This document shows, piece by piece, positions 62,870 through 64,000 of a DNA stretch of 64,000 bases. The notes beneath the pieces were generated by a model that saw only the letters and a list, made by a program, of their open reading frames with translations, had not been told where the DNA came from and searched no databases. The translations under genes were made by a program, and so were the position numbers. The stretch covers positions 16,753 to 80,752 of the forward strand of contig CAWHYV010000014.1 in NCBI GenBank assembly GCA_963833725.1, written 5' to 3'. This DNA is from an uncultured Gaiellaceae bacterium. Lineage in GTDB: Bacteria; Actinomycetota; Thermoleophilia; Gaiellales; Gaiellaceae. Every line of letters begins with the position of its first letter. Position 1 is the first letter of the stretch.

Positions 62870-64000
62870 CTAGGCAGCCGAGCCTTCGTTCCACGGGCTG
62901 CGCGTCAGGTTCCGCTGACCGCTACCGTCGGGGTTCATGACGTAGACCTCGAGGCCGCGTTCACGTCAGCCTGCGCTGCCCGCTCCCGTCGGCGTTCATG
63001 ACGTAGACCTCATAGAGGCCGTCGCGGTTACCGACGAAGGTGATCTTCCGCCCGTCGGGCGACCAGGCAGGATCGCCGTCGTACGCCAGGTTGCTCGTCA
63101 GACTCCGCTGCCCGCTCCCGTCGGCGTTCATGAGGTAGATCTCAGAGTTGCCGTCGCGTTCGCCGGCGAAGGCGATCTTCTGCCCGTCGGGCGACCAGGC
63201 AGGCGCGGCGTAGACCGCCCCCCTCGGCTTGGGCGTGAGGTTCCGCACCCCACTGCCGTCGGCGTTGATGACATACACGCTGCCCGCGCGTTGGCGCACG
63301 AAGGCGATCTTCCGCCCGTCGGGCGACCAGACAGAGGCTGCCGGCCGCGTCGCACCAGCTTCGACTGCCCGCTCCCGTCGGCGTTCATGACGTAGACCTC
63401 CGGCCTGTGCGTGCTGCCGCGGCCGCGGTCGCGGACGAAGGCGATCTTCCGCCCGTCGGGCGACCAGGCGGGAGCGAAGTCGCGCGCCGGGTTGCGCGTC
63501 AGCCTCCGCTGCCCGCTCCCGTCGGCGTTCACGACGTAGATCTCGCCGTTGCCGTCGCGCAGGTTCACGAAGGCGATCGTCCGCCCGTCGGGCGACCAGG
63601 CAGGGACCGAGATCCACGCGTGAGCGCCAACCACCGCTGCCCGCTCCCGTCGGCGTTCACGACGTACAGCGGGCTGGGAACCGGGCGGATGCTGCTCGTG
63701 AACGCGATCCTCGACGGCTCGCGCAGGAGCCCCCCGCGAGGGGAGGCTCTGCGCAGAGCAGCGCTCTCCCGAGCCACGGTATGTATCCACGCCCGTGGAG
63801 CGAGACGACGGCGACGCGGTCGCCCTCCTCGCTCGCGGTGACGAGCGTCTGGTAGTCGAGGATGCCGCCGTCGTGGCCCCACGAGCGTCCGCAGGCGAGG
63901 TCGGTCGAGAAGATCCCGAGCCCCGTGCCGAACACTCCATCGGTCCTGGCCGTGTCCTTCATCGTCTCGAGGGAGGCGGCGGACAGTATTCGCCCCGAGA
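62870..64000 (-). CDS. Beta-lactamase-fold serine hydrolase C-terminal region followed by multiple TolB-like PD40 repeats (runs off the right edge; several frame breaks)
   Basis: The 63657..63962 frame carries GVFGTGLGIFSTDLACGRSWGHDGGILDYQTLV...RVAVVSL. Repeated units follow, such as PAWSPDGRKIAFV...EVYVMNADGSGQRRLT, spread over three frames (ORFs 63565..63882, 63128..63940 and 62961..63617). The last unit ends ...LEVYVMNPDGSGQRNLTRSPWNEGSAA with a stop at 62870. Confidence 0.7.
62915..63670 (-). repeat. Intragenic tandem repeats (PD40 units) with near-identical 35-nt DNA cores
   Basis: The core is CTGCCCGCTCCCGTCGGCGTTCA(T/C)GA(C/G)GTAGA(C/T)CTC. Copies start at about 62976, 63108, 63365, 63509 and 63637, with diverged copies at about 62915 and 63248. 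The spacing is 117-144 nt, except for one 61-nt truncated unit. Confidence 0.8.

Noticed and set aside
61362-62870. A prophage or integrative element could be inserted at the tRNA-Gln/tRNA-Glu locus.
   Set aside because: There is no integrase, excisionase, or phage structural or replication gene. There is no direct repeat of either tRNA 3' end. The insert is only about 1.2 kb. It is kept only as a low-interest locus-variation finding.
62915-63670. The periodic near-identical 35-nt repeats spaced about 130 nt apart could at first glance suggest a CRISPR-like array.
   Set aside because: The repeats and the sequence between them translate continuously into PD40/TolB-type units (PAWSPDGRKIAF...VYVMNADGSGQRRLT). 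The spacing is far larger than CRISPR spacers. There are no cas genes or leader. These are intragenic coding repeats.

Overview
This is a high-GC (roughly 70% by eye) stretch of core bacterial chromosome. Gene content and order look Actinobacteria-like, possibly Thermoleophilia or Rubrobacteria-type, but that placement is inference only. Almost all of it is housekeeping genes on the minus strand. One long block keeps the Bacillus-type order aroE-aroC-aroK/B-aroQ-pepP-efp-(BCCP slot)-accC-nusB-...-ispA-tlyA-nadK-recN-pyrG. Other blocks are mltG-ruvX-alaS, mnmA, aspS-hisS, a hut operon (formimidoyltransferase-hutH-hutU-hutI), deoA-deoB, ald, PPDK with its regulator PDRP, glyQS, recO, mutM, an FTR1-type iron permease module, a heterodimeric ABC exporter pair, and tRNA-Gln and tRNA-Glu. 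I found no transposase, integrase, CRISPR array, rRNA or recognisable defence or toxin system, and I cannot point to a clearly novel multi-gene system. The most unusual items are listed here. (1) A 601-aa protein sits in the accB slot; its pyruvate-carboxylase-type carboxyltransferase domain has lost all four metal/carbamate ligands and is fused to a normal BCCP. (2) About 30 single-base frame disruptions, nearly all +1 insertions, hit essential genes; these are most likely sequence error. (3) A 44-nt hairpin element occurs in two intergenic regions. (4) Several domain fusions are present: cupredoxin-PQQ dehydrogenase, a helical domain on FTR1, AroK-AroB, and an extension on MnmA. All coordinates of frame junctions are approximate (within a few nt).
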